This document shows, piece by piece, positions 38,901-48,014 of a stretch of DNA of 64,000 nt. The notes beneath the pieces are model-generated. The model was not told the origin of the DNA and did not search any database. It worked only from the letters and a program-made list of their open reading frames with translations. Positions within the stretch are counted from its first letter, which is position 1, and each line of letters begins with the position of its first letter. Location: NCBI GenBank assembly GCA_963668175.1, contig OY764159.1:4192001-4256000 (forward strand). Direction: 5' to 3'. This DNA comes from Syntrophales bacterium (lineage in GTDB: Bacteria; Desulfobacterota; Syntrophia; Syntrophales; PHBD01). Made by a program: the position numbers and the translations under genes.

Positions 38901-39922
38901 AGGCGCTTCTTCTGACCCCTACCTATTTTCCGCTGCTGACGGGAAATGCCGTCACTGTGGACCGTATCGGTAAACACTTGACGCAATCCGGCATAGCGTC
39001 AACCACACTCAATCTGTCCGAATTAAGAAGCAAGCAGGTGATTCGAACGGCCGAACTTTACCAGCCGGACATCGTTCACGCATTTCACGCCTATAAGTCA
39101 GGCCGCATCGGCCTTCTCGCAAAAGACAGAACAGGGGCTTATCTTATTACAACGATGACAGGAACCGATCTTAACGTCGATTTGAAATCGATGCGGAAGA
39201 GAAGGGCGATTATCGACGTCCTGGATCATTCGGACGCAATAACCGTCTTCAATGAAGCTGCGAGGGAAATTCTTTTACAGGCAAATGTCCCTGAAGAAAA
39301 AGTAACCGTCATTCACCAATCCGTATCTCTTCCCGAAACCCCTTTTATCGATTTTCGCGAGAATTGGAAGATCCGTCGCGATGCCGTAGTTTTTCTCGCC
39401 GTCGGTGCTATAAGGAAGATCAAGAATATAGGGCTCGCTTTTCGGGTTCTGCAAGATTTGAAATGTTGCCTCCCTCAAATTCACTTGATCATCGCCGGCC
39501 CCGTTATCGAAGATGATGCCTTACAAGAACTCCTTTCGGATACAGCCGGCAAAGACTGGGTGACGTATGCAGGTGTTGTGGCCAGAGAAAATATCCGCTC
39601 GCTCTTTCTTTGTGCCGATATTTTTTTGAACACCTCCTTTTCAGAATCCGAAAGCAATGCCATGCTGGAAGCAATCAGTTGCGGGATGATCGTCATCGGT
39701 AGGGATATTCCCGGCAACAGCTCCCTACTGACGGAGGAAACAGGCCTTCTGTTTACGAATAAAAAAGACCTCATGCGGAAAATAATTTACGCCGTGGAAA
39801 ACATCGACAACATGAGGTCCATGCGGGAAAGGGCCGCAGCGCTTGCGTTTCGTGAGTTCGATCAAACGCGGGAACGAAACGGATATGTCGATCTGTATAA
39901 ATTGATAGCGAAAAAAGCTTGA
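38897..39922 (+). CDS. GT4-fold glycosyltransferase, SenB/GLT1D1-like
   Basis: TGNAVTVDR, AFHAYKS, TGTDL, VIHQS, GAIRKIKN, SFSE...AMLEA, DIPGN; ATGA overlap with the hydrolase. Confidence 0.8.
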   Translation: MKALLLTPTYFPLLTGNAVTVDRIGKHLTQSGIASTTLNLSELRSKQVIRTAELYQPDIVHAFHAYKSGRIGLLAKDRTGAYLITTMTGTDLNVDLKSMRKRRAIIDVLDHSDAITVFNEAAREILLQANVPEEKVTVIHQSVSLPETPFIDFRENWKIRRDAVVFLAVGAIRKIKNIGLAFRVLQDLKCCLPQIHLIIAGPVIEDDALQELLSDTAGKDWVTYAGVVARENIRSLFLCADIFLNTSFSESESNAMLEAISCGMIVIGRDIPGNSSLLTEETGLLFTNKKDLMRKIIYAVENIDNMRSMRERAAALAFREFDQTRERNGYVDLYKLIAKKA

Positions 39923-40008
39923 TAAATCGTTACTTTTAGTGTAGATTGCTTTCAATAATTAAGCATTGTATCGGGCATATCAAACAATAGCAAAGGAGGA
40001 AATTTAGA

Positions 40009-40359
40009 ATGGCTAAGGCAAAGCGGGGAGATTTACTCAGTTGTGAAATGTGCGGTCTGGTACTTGTTGTGGACGAGATTAACGGATATGGCATGGCGGA
40101 AGCGCTTTGCTGCGACATTCCGATGGCGAAGGGAAAGGCAGCCGCCAATAAGGCCAAGAGAAAATCGCTGGATATAAAGGCCAAAGGGGCGGCAAAGGCC
40201 GTCGCTGCGAAGCCGAAGGCCGCCGCAAAGAAAACTGCTGCGAAAAAACCCGCAACAAAAAAGGCAGCAGCAAAGAAAGTCGCCGTTAAGAAGCCTGCGG
40301 CCAAAAAAGCCGCGGCCAAGAAACCCGCGGCCAAGAAACCCGCGGCAAAAAAGGCTTAA
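40009..40359 (+). CDS. Desulforedoxin-like Cys4 domain fused to a histone-H1-like Lys/Ala tail
   Basis: CEMCG-x17-CCDIPM followed by KKPAAKK-type repeats; AAGGAGG SD. Confidence 0.85.
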   Translation: MAKAKRGDLLSCEMCGLVLVVDEINGYGMAEALCCDIPMAKGKAAANKAKRKSLDIKAKGAAKAVAAKPKAAAKKTAAKKPATKKAAAKKVAVKKPAAKKAAAKKPAAKKPAAKKA

Positions 40360-40471
40360 GCGACATCACCGAGATTAAGCATCGTGGTCCCGGGGCAGTC
40401 TGACCGCGGCTGAACTCCGGAACTCAAAAGAATTTCTGATACGACGATTCAAAAGGCGTCAACGATGAATT

Positions 40472-40509
40472 GACCCCGTCTTTCATATCATGGTTTGAAA
40501 GGCGGGGTT
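40472..40509. terminator. Long hairpin downstream of the H1-like gene
   Basis: gaccccgtctttca/tgaaaggcggggtt 14-bp stem with G-U pairs. Confidence 0.5.
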
Positions 40510-40613
40510 CGTTTCATGTAACATCGATTTTAAAGACATCGGTAAGAAGCGTACATTCCAGGTTTGAGGGAGAATTCCATCTTCTTCGTTTAGACCGGCA
40601 AGGAATCCGGCTT

Positions 40614-40826
40614 ATGGGCGCATCGGGAAAACAGATTAAACAACAGCAATCGAAACCCGATTTCATTCCTAACTCGAGAGAAAACCGTTGGTGCGAAAAG
40701 CACGGTTACTTTGTTGATTATGAGGCCTGTTCTGCAAGGGCGCGGAGCAAGTCGTTTTGCCGGCGATGTCTCTGGAAATGGCGTCAAATGCCCCTTCCCT
40801 TCCCGGACACGGCAACCAAGAATTAA
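40614..40826 (+). CDS. Small Cys/His (zinc-finger-like) hypothetical protein
   Basis: aagga SD; CEKH...C...CRRC; C-terminal QMPLPF. Confidence 0.55.
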   Translation: MGASGKQIKQQQSKPDFIPNSRENRWCEKHGYFVDYEACSARARSKSFCRRCLWKWRQMPLPFPDTATKN

Positions 40827-40961
40827 TTCCTCCGTTCCGTTTCAGCATTGGATCGTCGGCTATAGGAACGGCAAAATGCCACTGTTGTTTCATCCTGTGC
40901 GCAGACTCTTCCGGTATTAATCGTTCTCAATCTTTATTTGGGCATAAACGTAAGGTCTATC

Positions 40962-41633
40962 ATGAACGTCTTGGTCGCCGCACCCCATCCGGATGACGAT
41001 CTCATCGGCTGCGGGGGAAGCATGATCGGTCACCTCAGGAAAAAAAGGAAAGTGAGCGTTATTTATCTGACTTCAGGCGATTCCGGAAATATCGACATTC
41101 CCAAGGGCGACCTGACGCTGTTGCGCGAAAACGAGGCGAGAGAGGCGGCATCCTTTCTCGGTATTCAAGACCTCATTTTTCTTAGAAACGAAGACGGATA
41201 TCTTCAAGCCGACAAAAGCAACCTGATCGAGATGGTGAAGCGGATCAGAGAGATCAGACCCGCATGGGTATATATCCCTCACCGGGGGGAAGCACATCCG
41301 GACCACCGGATGACCCACGACCTCATGATAGAAGCCATAAGACGCGCTTCCGGGCCCTGGTTTCAGGAATGCGGCGGCGAACCCTGGACCGTCGGAACGG
41401 TCTTATGTTATGAGGTCTGGTCGCCTCTTCAAAATATATCTTATACGGAAAACATAACCGACTGTATCGATCTGAAATTAGCCGCCCTTAGAAAGCACGC
41501 TTCACAGATTAAGAACACGGCCTATGACGAGGCGGTCGAGGCCCTGAACCGTTACCGCGGCATCGTGACGGGCGGGGGACGCTACTGTGAATGCTTCGAG
41601 GTTTTGTCAACATCCAACATGATTGAAGGATAA
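40962..41633 (+). CDS. PIG-L/LmbE family deacetylase
   Basis: APHPDDD..GCGG, R..EA..A...LG, HPDH, H.SQ. Confidence 0.9.
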   Translation: MNVLVAAPHPDDDLIGCGGSMIGHLRKKRKVSVIYLTSGDSGNIDIPKGDLTLLRENEAREAASFLGIQDLIFLRNEDGYLQADKSNLIEMVKRIREIRPAWVYIPHRGEAHPDHRMTHDLMIEAIRRASGPWFQECGGEPWTVGTVLCYEVWSPLQNISYTENITDCIDLKLAALRKHASQIKNTAYDEAVEALNRYRGIVTGGGRYCECFEVLSTSNMIEG

Positions 41634-41637
41634 GACC

Positions 41638-41937
41638 ATGTATCAAGAAACGGCCAAACAATGGATTGATGAAATGAGAGCAGAGGGGAAACTTCGGGAC
41701 ATGAATGGGGAAGCCCTCAGCAGGCTTGCGGATGAGTATGCGAAACAACTGGAGGAGAAATTCGAGGAGGCGGTAAAGAGACAGCTCGCACCGGCGGGCA
41801 AAGTGGCTGATTTTGAGCGCATGCTGATCTACGACAGCCAGTATATGAACAAGTACTTAAATCAGACCATTCCTGGTTATCCGGCCTTCAAAACGGAGAT
41901 TTTCGCTCAATTGCGAAAAGAGATAACAGGGATTTAG
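41638..41937 (+). CDS. Hypothetical helical protein (DUF5663-like)
   Basis: Acidic helical 99-aa ORF with YLNQTIPGY segment; family call tentative. Confidence 0.6.
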   Translation: MYQETAKQWIDEMRAEGKLRDMNGEALSRLADEYAKQLEEKFEEAVKRQLAPAGKVADFERMLIYDSQYMNKYLNQTIPGYPAFKTEIFAQLRKEITGI

Positions 41938-42121
41938 CCGACTGTTGAAAAACGCCCATCTGTTACGCGCGTCTGTGATCCTCGTCGATCGACATACTTC
42001 TGTACCTCATTCTCGCAGCACCCCGTGGGGAGGCTTTTGCACGCTTGATATCGGGACACTTTTTTGAACTCCCCCTATGCGGGGGGCACGGCCTGTTCAA
42101 AATCGCGCTTTTCAATAAGCT
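41936..42121. mobile_element. Degenerate MITE-like / IS-derived repeat
   Basis: Imperfect terminal inverted repeats agccgactgttgaaaaa ... ttttcaataagct; internal hairpins; non-coding. Confidence 0.45.
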
Positions 42122-42138
42122 TTTAGGAGGATTCGTTT

Positions 42139-42888
42139 CTGGACATTATCTTCTTGGGAACCAACGGCTGGTACGACACACCCACCGGAAACACCGTTTG
42201 CACCCTTATCAGCTCGCAGGAATATCACGTGATCTTCGACGCCGGTTACGGTCTATACAAGGCGGACCGGTATATCGAGGACCTCGATGACCGTCCCGTC
42301 TATCTTTTCCTCAGCCATTTTCACGTGGACCATATTGCCGGTCTTCATACGCTCAATAAATTCCGGTTTTCCGGCGGACTCGTGATCGGCGGCCCCGAAG
42401 GTACACGCAATGTTCTGAACATATTCCTCAACAGCCCTTTCACCGCCCCCCTTCGAGACCTGCCCTACAGAACCGGGGTTATAGAATTACCGTCTGAACA
42501 GGACCGGGTGCCCTTTCCTGTTACAGTCAAACCGCTGCGCCATACGTCACTGACTCTGGGTTACAGGATCGTACTGGACGGCAGGACCATAACCTATTGC
42601 CCGGATACCGGTTACTGTGCAAATGCCGTCGAACTATCCGCGGAGGCGGATATCCTCATCGCCGAATGCGCATACAAGAGCGGGCAATCCAACGAAGCCT
42701 GGCCGCACCTCAATCCCGAGACAGCGGCGAGAATCGCAAAGGAAGCAAGGGCCAGGAAGATGGCATTGATCCATTTCGATGCCAGAACGCATCCTACCCT
42801 TGAAGACCGGACGGATTCCGAAAACGCGGCGAAACGGATATTCCCTGAGACTTTTGCAACGATTGACGACATGAGGATTAGGTTCTGA
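42139..42888 (+). CDS. MBL-fold metallo-hydrolase (RNase Z/BN-like)
   Basis: (M)DIIFLGTNGW, FDAG, SHFHVDHIAG, YCPDT, ADILIAEC, LIHF; probable CTG start. Confidence 0.88.
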   Translation: MDIIFLGTNGWYDTPTGNTVCTLISSQEYHVIFDAGYGLYKADRYIEDLDDRPVYLFLSHFHVDHIAGLHTLNKFRFSGGLVIGGPEGTRNVLNIFLNSPFTAPLRDLPYRTGVIELPSEQDRVPFPVTVKPLRHTSLTLGYRIVLDGRTITYCPDTGYCANAVELSAEADILIAECAYKSGQSNEAWPHLNPETAARIAKEARARKMALIHFDARTHPTLEDRTDSENAAKRIFPETFATIDDMRIRF

Positions 42889-42970
42889 CGCCATATCTCT
42901 GCCATGGTCATCCGCTTCGGCTGTTTGAAAGGGCTCGATCAATGCCGTCATCCCCAGGCCGGCGGCTGCA

Positions 42971-44164
42971 TTATTGTCCTCTCTCCATCAGTCCCACGAC
43001 CTCGATATGGGCCGTCTGGGGAAACATGTCGACGGGCTGAAGGCTTTTCAAATCATACCCCCTATCGGCGAGGGCCCTCATGTCCCTGGCCTGGGTGGCA
43101 GGATTACATGACACATAAACGATCCGCTCCGGTTGCACGTCGATGATCGCCGACAGGGTTTTAGGGCTCAATCCTACACGCGGCGGATCGCAGACAACAA
43201 CGTCGATATGTCGCATTTCGGTCTTCATTCGTTTCCCCAGGACATAAGCGACATCGCCTCGGACAAAGACGGCATTGTTATATCCTGCCCTCTGAAGATT
43301 GATCCCGGCGCAGTTGACCGCTTCCAAATCCGTTTCAATGCCTAAAACTTCTCCGGCATGAGGGGCCAGGAACAGGGCAAACAGCCCTGAACCGCAATAT
43401 GCATCCGCGACGCTCTCCTTTCCCGTCAAGGCACACATGGAGACCACCGTATCAACCAGCGCTGCCGTAAGCTCCGTATTGGCCTGGAAAAAACCCTCTT
43501 GAGGTACGAATAGATGTCTCCCTTTGACTGTCCTCAAGACAGTCCCGGAGGGACAGACAACCGACTCCCGGAATTCCTGATGAGACCAGAAGATATGCTT
43601 CCCCTCATGCAAGCCCTCAGCCTCCCCGGCGAGGAGATTACTTCTGAATCGCTGATAATCGCTATTGATCGAATCGTCCATGATCCGGCAGGATTCGATA
43701 TCGACGACCTCATGGCTCAAACCGTGCATGAAGCCGGATAGCCATTTGCCGTTATCGCCACGCACCGCCTGAAACTCGGCTTTCCCCCGGTAAGCGTACG
43801 GCCGGGGTGAATGAATAATCCCGGCAACTGACGGATTTGCGAATTTGCCGATCCTGGTAAAGGCATCGACGACATGGGCCGTTTTAATCTCCAATTGGGC
43901 GTCATAACGGATATGCTGGTACTGGCACCCCCCGCATTGGACGTAATACGGGCATACCGGAACGGCTCTTTCACGGGAGGGATCGAGAAGGCGAACGAGA
44001 CGCCCTCTGGCGTACCGTTTCTTTCTATCGACAATCTCGATTTCGACGGTATCCCCGATCATGGCAAAAGGGACAAAAACGACCAGTTCTTCGATCCGGC
44101 AGACGCCATCGCCTCCGAAGGCTATGCGGTCCACGACGGCCTCTATGATATCTCCTGCCTGCAA
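42971..44164 (-). CDS. rlmD: 23S rRNA m5U methyltransferase (TRAM + Fe-S + SAM; RlmD-like)
   Basis: TRAM domain, CPYY..CGGCQYQH, FFQAN, DAYCGSG, DPPR, YVSCNPAT.ARD, DMFPQT.H.E. Confidence 0.88.
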   Translation of the reverse strand: MQAGDIIEAVVDRIAFGGDGVCRIEELVVFVPFAMIGDTVEIEIVDRKKRYARGRLVRLLDPSRERAVPVCPYYVQCGGCQYQHIRYDAQLEIKTAHVVDAFTRIGKFANPSVAGIIHSPRPYAYRGKAEFQAVRGDNGKWLSGFMHGLSHEVVDIESCRIMDDSINSDYQRFRSNLLAGEAEGLHEGKHIFWSHQEFRESVVCPSGTVLRTVKGRHLFVPQEGFFQANTELTAALVDTVVSMCALTGKESVADAYCGSGLFALFLAPHAGEVLGIETDLEAVNCAGINLQRAGYNNAVFVRGDVAYVLGKRMKTEMRHIDVVVCDPPRVGLSPKTLSAIIDVQPERIVYVSCNPATQARDMRALADRGYDLKSLQPVDMFPQTAHIEVVGLMERGQ

Positions 44165-44391
44165 ACGAACAGTCCTTCCGTATTTCTCTTTACAAGGTTC
44201 TTCTTTGTTGATATTGATCCGAAAGTTATGTAATATTCACGCGGTTCTGATTCACATTTTTATAGGCGGAACCGATGATGCCTCGGGAGAAGATATGCGT
44301 GCAACCGGAAACGGCAAAACCGCTTCGTCTCCCCGGAACAGAATGAAGAACATGGATTCATCTACCGCCCTCCGCGGCCACAAGGATTGAC

Positions 44392-45231
44392 ATGTCGCCC
44401 AGAAACTCCATCCTCTGCCCGAATTGCAGGAAACTCATCAGTGAAGACGAAGAGCGGTGTCCTTACTGCGGTCTTGTCTCGCCTGGCTCCTTCTGGAAAA
44501 AAAATATCTTAAGCCGGTTTACGTCGAGACAGGCGGACGCCGTCAAATGGCTGGTCGGCCTGAACATCGCCTACTACATCCTGTCGCTTGTCATCAACCC
44601 TTTTCTGCACCAGTCTCTGGCTAATCCGCTGGCCTTTTTTTCACCTTCCGACGGAAGCCTCTTCATCCTCGGCGCCTCGGGAGCCCTTCCCATAGGCGGT
44701 TATGGACGGTGGTGGAGTCTTATCGCCGCTTCATTTCTCCATGGAGGGATTCTGCACCTGCTGTTCAATATGATGGCCCTCTGGCAGATGGGCTACTTCG
44801 TCCTGCGCGAATACGGTCTGAGCCGTTTTATCACCATTTATATCGTAGCCGGCGCCGGCGGCTTTTTTGTCTCTTTTATCGCCGGCATTTATTTGACGAT
44901 CGGAGCTTCCGCAAGCATCTGCGGCCTCATCGGCAGTATCATCTATTATGGAAAAAGCCGCGGCGGATTTTACGGTGAAATCATCTATAAGCAGGCCATG
45001 GGCTGGGTTATAGGTCTCGCCGTGTTCGGCTTTATCATCCCAGGGATCAACAACTGGGCCCATGGCGGAGGCCTCCTAACAGGTATCCTGGTCAGTTTTC
45101 TGGTCGGCTATCAGGAGAAAAACGAAGAGGGGTTCATTCACAGGGTCATCGCATCGCTATGCATCCTGCTGACTGCCGCCGCCCTTTTATGGGGTCTGTT
45201 TCAAGCCTTATCGATCCTGATGCAGCACTAA
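44392..45231 (+). CDS. Rhomboid family intramembrane serine protease with N-terminal zinc ribbon
   Basis: CPNC...CPYC; FLHGGILHLLFNM, GAS, NWAHGGG. Confidence 0.9.
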   Translation: MSPRNSILCPNCRKLISEDEERCPYCGLVSPGSFWKKNILSRFTSRQADAVKWLVGLNIAYYILSLVINPFLHQSLANPLAFFSPSDGSLFILGASGALPIGGYGRWWSLIAASFLHGGILHLLFNMMALWQMGYFVLREYGLSRFITIYIVAGAGGFFVSFIAGIYLTIGASASICGLIGSIIYYGKSRGGFYGEIIYKQAMGWVIGLAVFGFIIPGINNWAHGGGLLTGILVSFLVGYQEKNEEGFIHRVIASLCILLTAAALLWGLFQALSILMQH

Positions 45232-45328
45232 CAAATGCGGTTGACATTACAACGAATTATTCTTTAATATAACGCCGATGCTTTGCTCCGTCACTGGACC
45301 ATCTTCGTTATTTTCGGCAAGGAGGGGT

Positions 45329-45745
45329 ATGTCTTCGAGAATTCAGTCGATCATCTATTTGATCCTTGCGTCATTCGTCATTTCGGGTTGTACCGTCGAT
45401 GTCGGCAGCAAAACCGTCGGTGTCCGATCCGGTCAATTCATTTATGTCGACGGCTGCCTTAAAACCGAATACCGTTTCCTCTTTGATGATGTTTGGACCG
45501 CATCGGAAAAAGCCCTGGCCGATATGAAAGCCGTGAATATTGAAAAAACACGGTATATCGCCAATGGAAAAATCACGGGAACGATCGGCAATGAAAAGGT
45601 GACCATCCTGATCGACTATCTGGCGAAGGAACAGACCCTCACTTCCGTCTCGGTCATGGTAGGTCCCGTCGGGGACAACAAGGCGTCCAGGCTGATCCAC
45701 GACAGAATCACCGCTACCCTGCTGAATAAACCCGGGACAAAATAA
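45329..45745 (+). CDS. Lipoprotein (DUF3568-like)
   Basis: AGGAGG SD; lipobox ISGC; V.V.VG..GD...S..I...I; upstream TTGACA-18-TAATAT. Confidence 0.7.
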   Translation: MSSRIQSIIYLILASFVISGCTVDVGSKTVGVRSGQFIYVDGCLKTEYRFLFDDVWTASEKALADMKAVNIEKTRYIANGKITGTIGNEKVTILIDYLAKEQTLTSVSVMVGPVGDNKASRLIHDRITATLLNKPGTK

Positions 45746-45810
45746 AACCCTCAATCTTCGCCGAAGAAGAGGGCAAGGTCATGGAAGCCGGAACCGGCTA
45801 AGAATCCATC

Positions 45811-46899
45811 TCAGACGTCTTTCGCAAGCATCCCGGCTGCTGCCTCCGTAACGGAATCCACGCCGATATTTTCCAGGCACAGACTCTTTCCCGAACCGTC
45901 GCAGCCCATCCGGTGGCACGGTGAACATGCCATATCCGTCGCGACGACGCGGTGCCGGTCGCCGACGGGGGCCCAATCGCGCCAATCGGTCGGCCCGTAA
46001 ATCGTAACCGTTCTTGTGCCTACCGCGGCGGCGATGTGCGGCGCCGCACTGTCGACGCCGATATGCAGCCTGCTTAAGCCCAAGACGCCGGCCAGCTCGG
46101 CCAGGGTTGTCCCGCCCGCCAGGTTGAAGGCCCGCCCGGAACATAAACCGATGAGCTTCTCCGCCCTCTCCCGCTCGTTCTTTGCTCCGATAACGACGAC
46201 ACCGAGCTTGAAATCCGTCCAGAACCGATCAATCAGAGAAACCCACTTTTCGTCTCCCCACTCCTTATACGACCATCTTGAATAGGGATTGATCGTGACC
46301 CAGGAAAAGCCGTCGCTGATACCCGCCTTGGCCAGAATCTCGCGGACGCTTTTTTTCGCTTGGTCCGATATCCAGATTTTGGGCTCGGTTTCCGGCGTTT
46401 CAATGCCGAAGCCGCGAACGATGCGCAAGGACTGCTCTGCGGCGCCATAAATCCGCTGCTCGGGAGGAGGCGGCGGAATCAAAAGATGCGTGAAGAGGAG
46501 ATTGCGCCACCAGGATACATCTTCATGATACAGGGAAGCCCTTATGGGCGCACCGGTCAGATAACCCATAAACGCGCCCCGGTCATTGGAACGCAGCTCG
46601 AACAGCAGATCGAATCGCGATTTTCTCAATTCCATCACCAGCCGGGTATGCTTTAATTCCTTCGTCAGGAAACCTCCCGGATGGTTCTTTATCTCGAAAA
46701 CATCTTCTATAGCGGGATCGGCTACCAGAAGCGATCCCATGCCTTCCCTGACCAGGACGGACAGGCGCCCTTCCGGGAAAGCCTTCTTTACGCAATGGAA
46801 AGTCGGGGTCGACCAGACGACATCGCCCACATCGCCCAGCTGAATAATCAGAATCTTCCCGATATTCGCCGGTAATTGAAAGTGATCCTTTATATTCAC
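45811..46899 (-). CDS. GT9 LPS heptosyltransferase (WaaQ/WaaF-like)
   Basis: ILIIQL..VGDV, K.W, LAG.TTL.EL, GVDSA.PHIAAAVG, YGPT. Confidence 0.9.
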   Translation of the reverse strand: MNIKDHFQLPANIGKILIIQLGDVGDVVWSTPTFHCVKKAFPEGRLSVLVREGMGSLLVADPAIEDVFEIKNHPGGFLTKELKHTRLVMELRKSRFDLLFELRSNDRGAFMGYLTGAPIRASLYHEDVSWWRNLLFTHLLIPPPPPEQRIYGAAEQSLRIVRGFGIETPETEPKIWISDQAKKSVREILAKAGISDGFSWVTINPYSRWSYKEWGDEKWVSLIDRFWTDFKLGVVVIGAKNERERAEKLIGLCSGRAFNLAGGTTLAELAGVLGLSRLHIGVDSAAPHIAAAVGTRTVTIYGPTDWRDWAPVGDRHRVVATDMACSPCHRMGCDGSGKSLCLENIGVDSVTEAAAGMLAKDV

Positions 46900-48014
46900 G
46901 ATAGATATTGATCCACGAGGGAGGCGACGTGGTCCGCTATGGAAAGACAGGAGGTCAGACCCGGAGACTCTATGCCGATGAGATTGACGAAACCGGGAAA
47001 TCCGGCCTCGGTCTCTTCCTTGATGACGAAATCGCGATAGGGTTCATCGGGCCCCTGCAGCTTGGGACGGATACCGCTCATGTCGGGTTGAAGGCTGTCT
47101 GCATGAACTCCGCTCAGATAGGTATTGATCGCCTTGTGAAAGGCCTCTCTTTTCAAAGAATCCACCGAATAATCTATCCTGTCCATATATTCCGTATCCG
47201 GACCGAAGCGGACGCGCCCGGCGAGATCCAGTGTGGCATGAACGCCGAGGCCCACATGATTTTTAACAGGGACGGGATAGACCAAGTGGCGGAGCCGGGG
47301 TGACGGCGATGCCGAGAAGTAACTGCCTTTGCAGTACTTTAAACGGTAATCATGTTTATCGATATCCATACCGGCCATAGCCGCGACCTTGTCGGCATGA
47401 AGGCCGGCACTGTTTATCAGTATCTTCGTGTTGAATCGATATTCTCCGCCGTTGACGTCCAGGCTATATCCTCGGCCGTCATATTTTATGGCGGTTATTT
47501 CCGTGCGATAGGCAACGACAGCTCCATTGCCCTCCGCCTTGATAAGCAGACAGCGCATGAGGCCGTGGGAATCAATGATGCCCGTGGAGGGCGAAAAGAG
47601 GGCATCGACGGCCTTAACGTCGGGCTCCATGCTCCGGATTTGATGATGCGTGAGAAACACCAAATCATTGACGCCGTTGGCTTCGGCCTGCGCTTTCAAT
47701 CCATATAACTCCGCCTTTTCGGCCGAGATGACGGCTACGATCATTTTCCCGATACGGCGATGGGCTATTCCGTTTTCTTCACAGAAATCGTAAAGACGGG
47801 CATTTCCTTCCCGGCATAATGCCGCTTTCTTCGACCCTGAAGGATAGTATATGCCGGCGTGGATGACTTCGCTGTTGCGGCTGCTGGTTTCCTGGCCAAA
47901 GGAAGGATTCTTTTCCACGAGCAAGACATGGGAGCAGGACCGGGACAATCTCTCCGCAATGGCGAGCCCCACGACCCCGGCACCGATGACGGTGACTTGA
48001 AACGGATCGCTCAC
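46896..48014 (-). CDS. FAD-dependent oxidoreductase, L-2-hydroxyglutarate oxidase-like
   Basis: IGAGVVGLA, ETSSRNSEVIHAGIYY, GIRPK, GIESPGLTS. Confidence 0.88.
   Translation of the reverse strand: MSDPFQVTVIGAGVVGLAIAERLSRSCSHVLLVEKNPSFGQETSSRNSEVIHAGIYYPSGSKKAALCREGNARLYDFCEENGIAHRRIGKMIVAVISAEKAELYGLKAQAEANGVNDLVFLTHHQIRSMEPDVKAVDALFSPSTGIIDSHGLMRCLLIKAEGNGAVVAYRTEITAIKYDGRGYSLDVNGGEYRFNTKILINSAGLHADKVAAMAGMDIDKHDYRLKYCKGSYFSASPSPRLRHLVYPVPVKNHVGLGVHATLDLAGRVRFGPDTEYMDRIDYSVDSLKREAFHKAINTYLSGVHADSLQPDMSGIRPKLQGPDEPYRDFVIKEETEAGFPGFVNLIGIESPGLTSCLSIADHVASLVDQYLS

Noticed and set aside
39936..40334. 132-aa antisense ORF (AAGFLAAAF repeats)
   Set aside because: Mirror of the Lys/Ala repeat gene on the plus strand.
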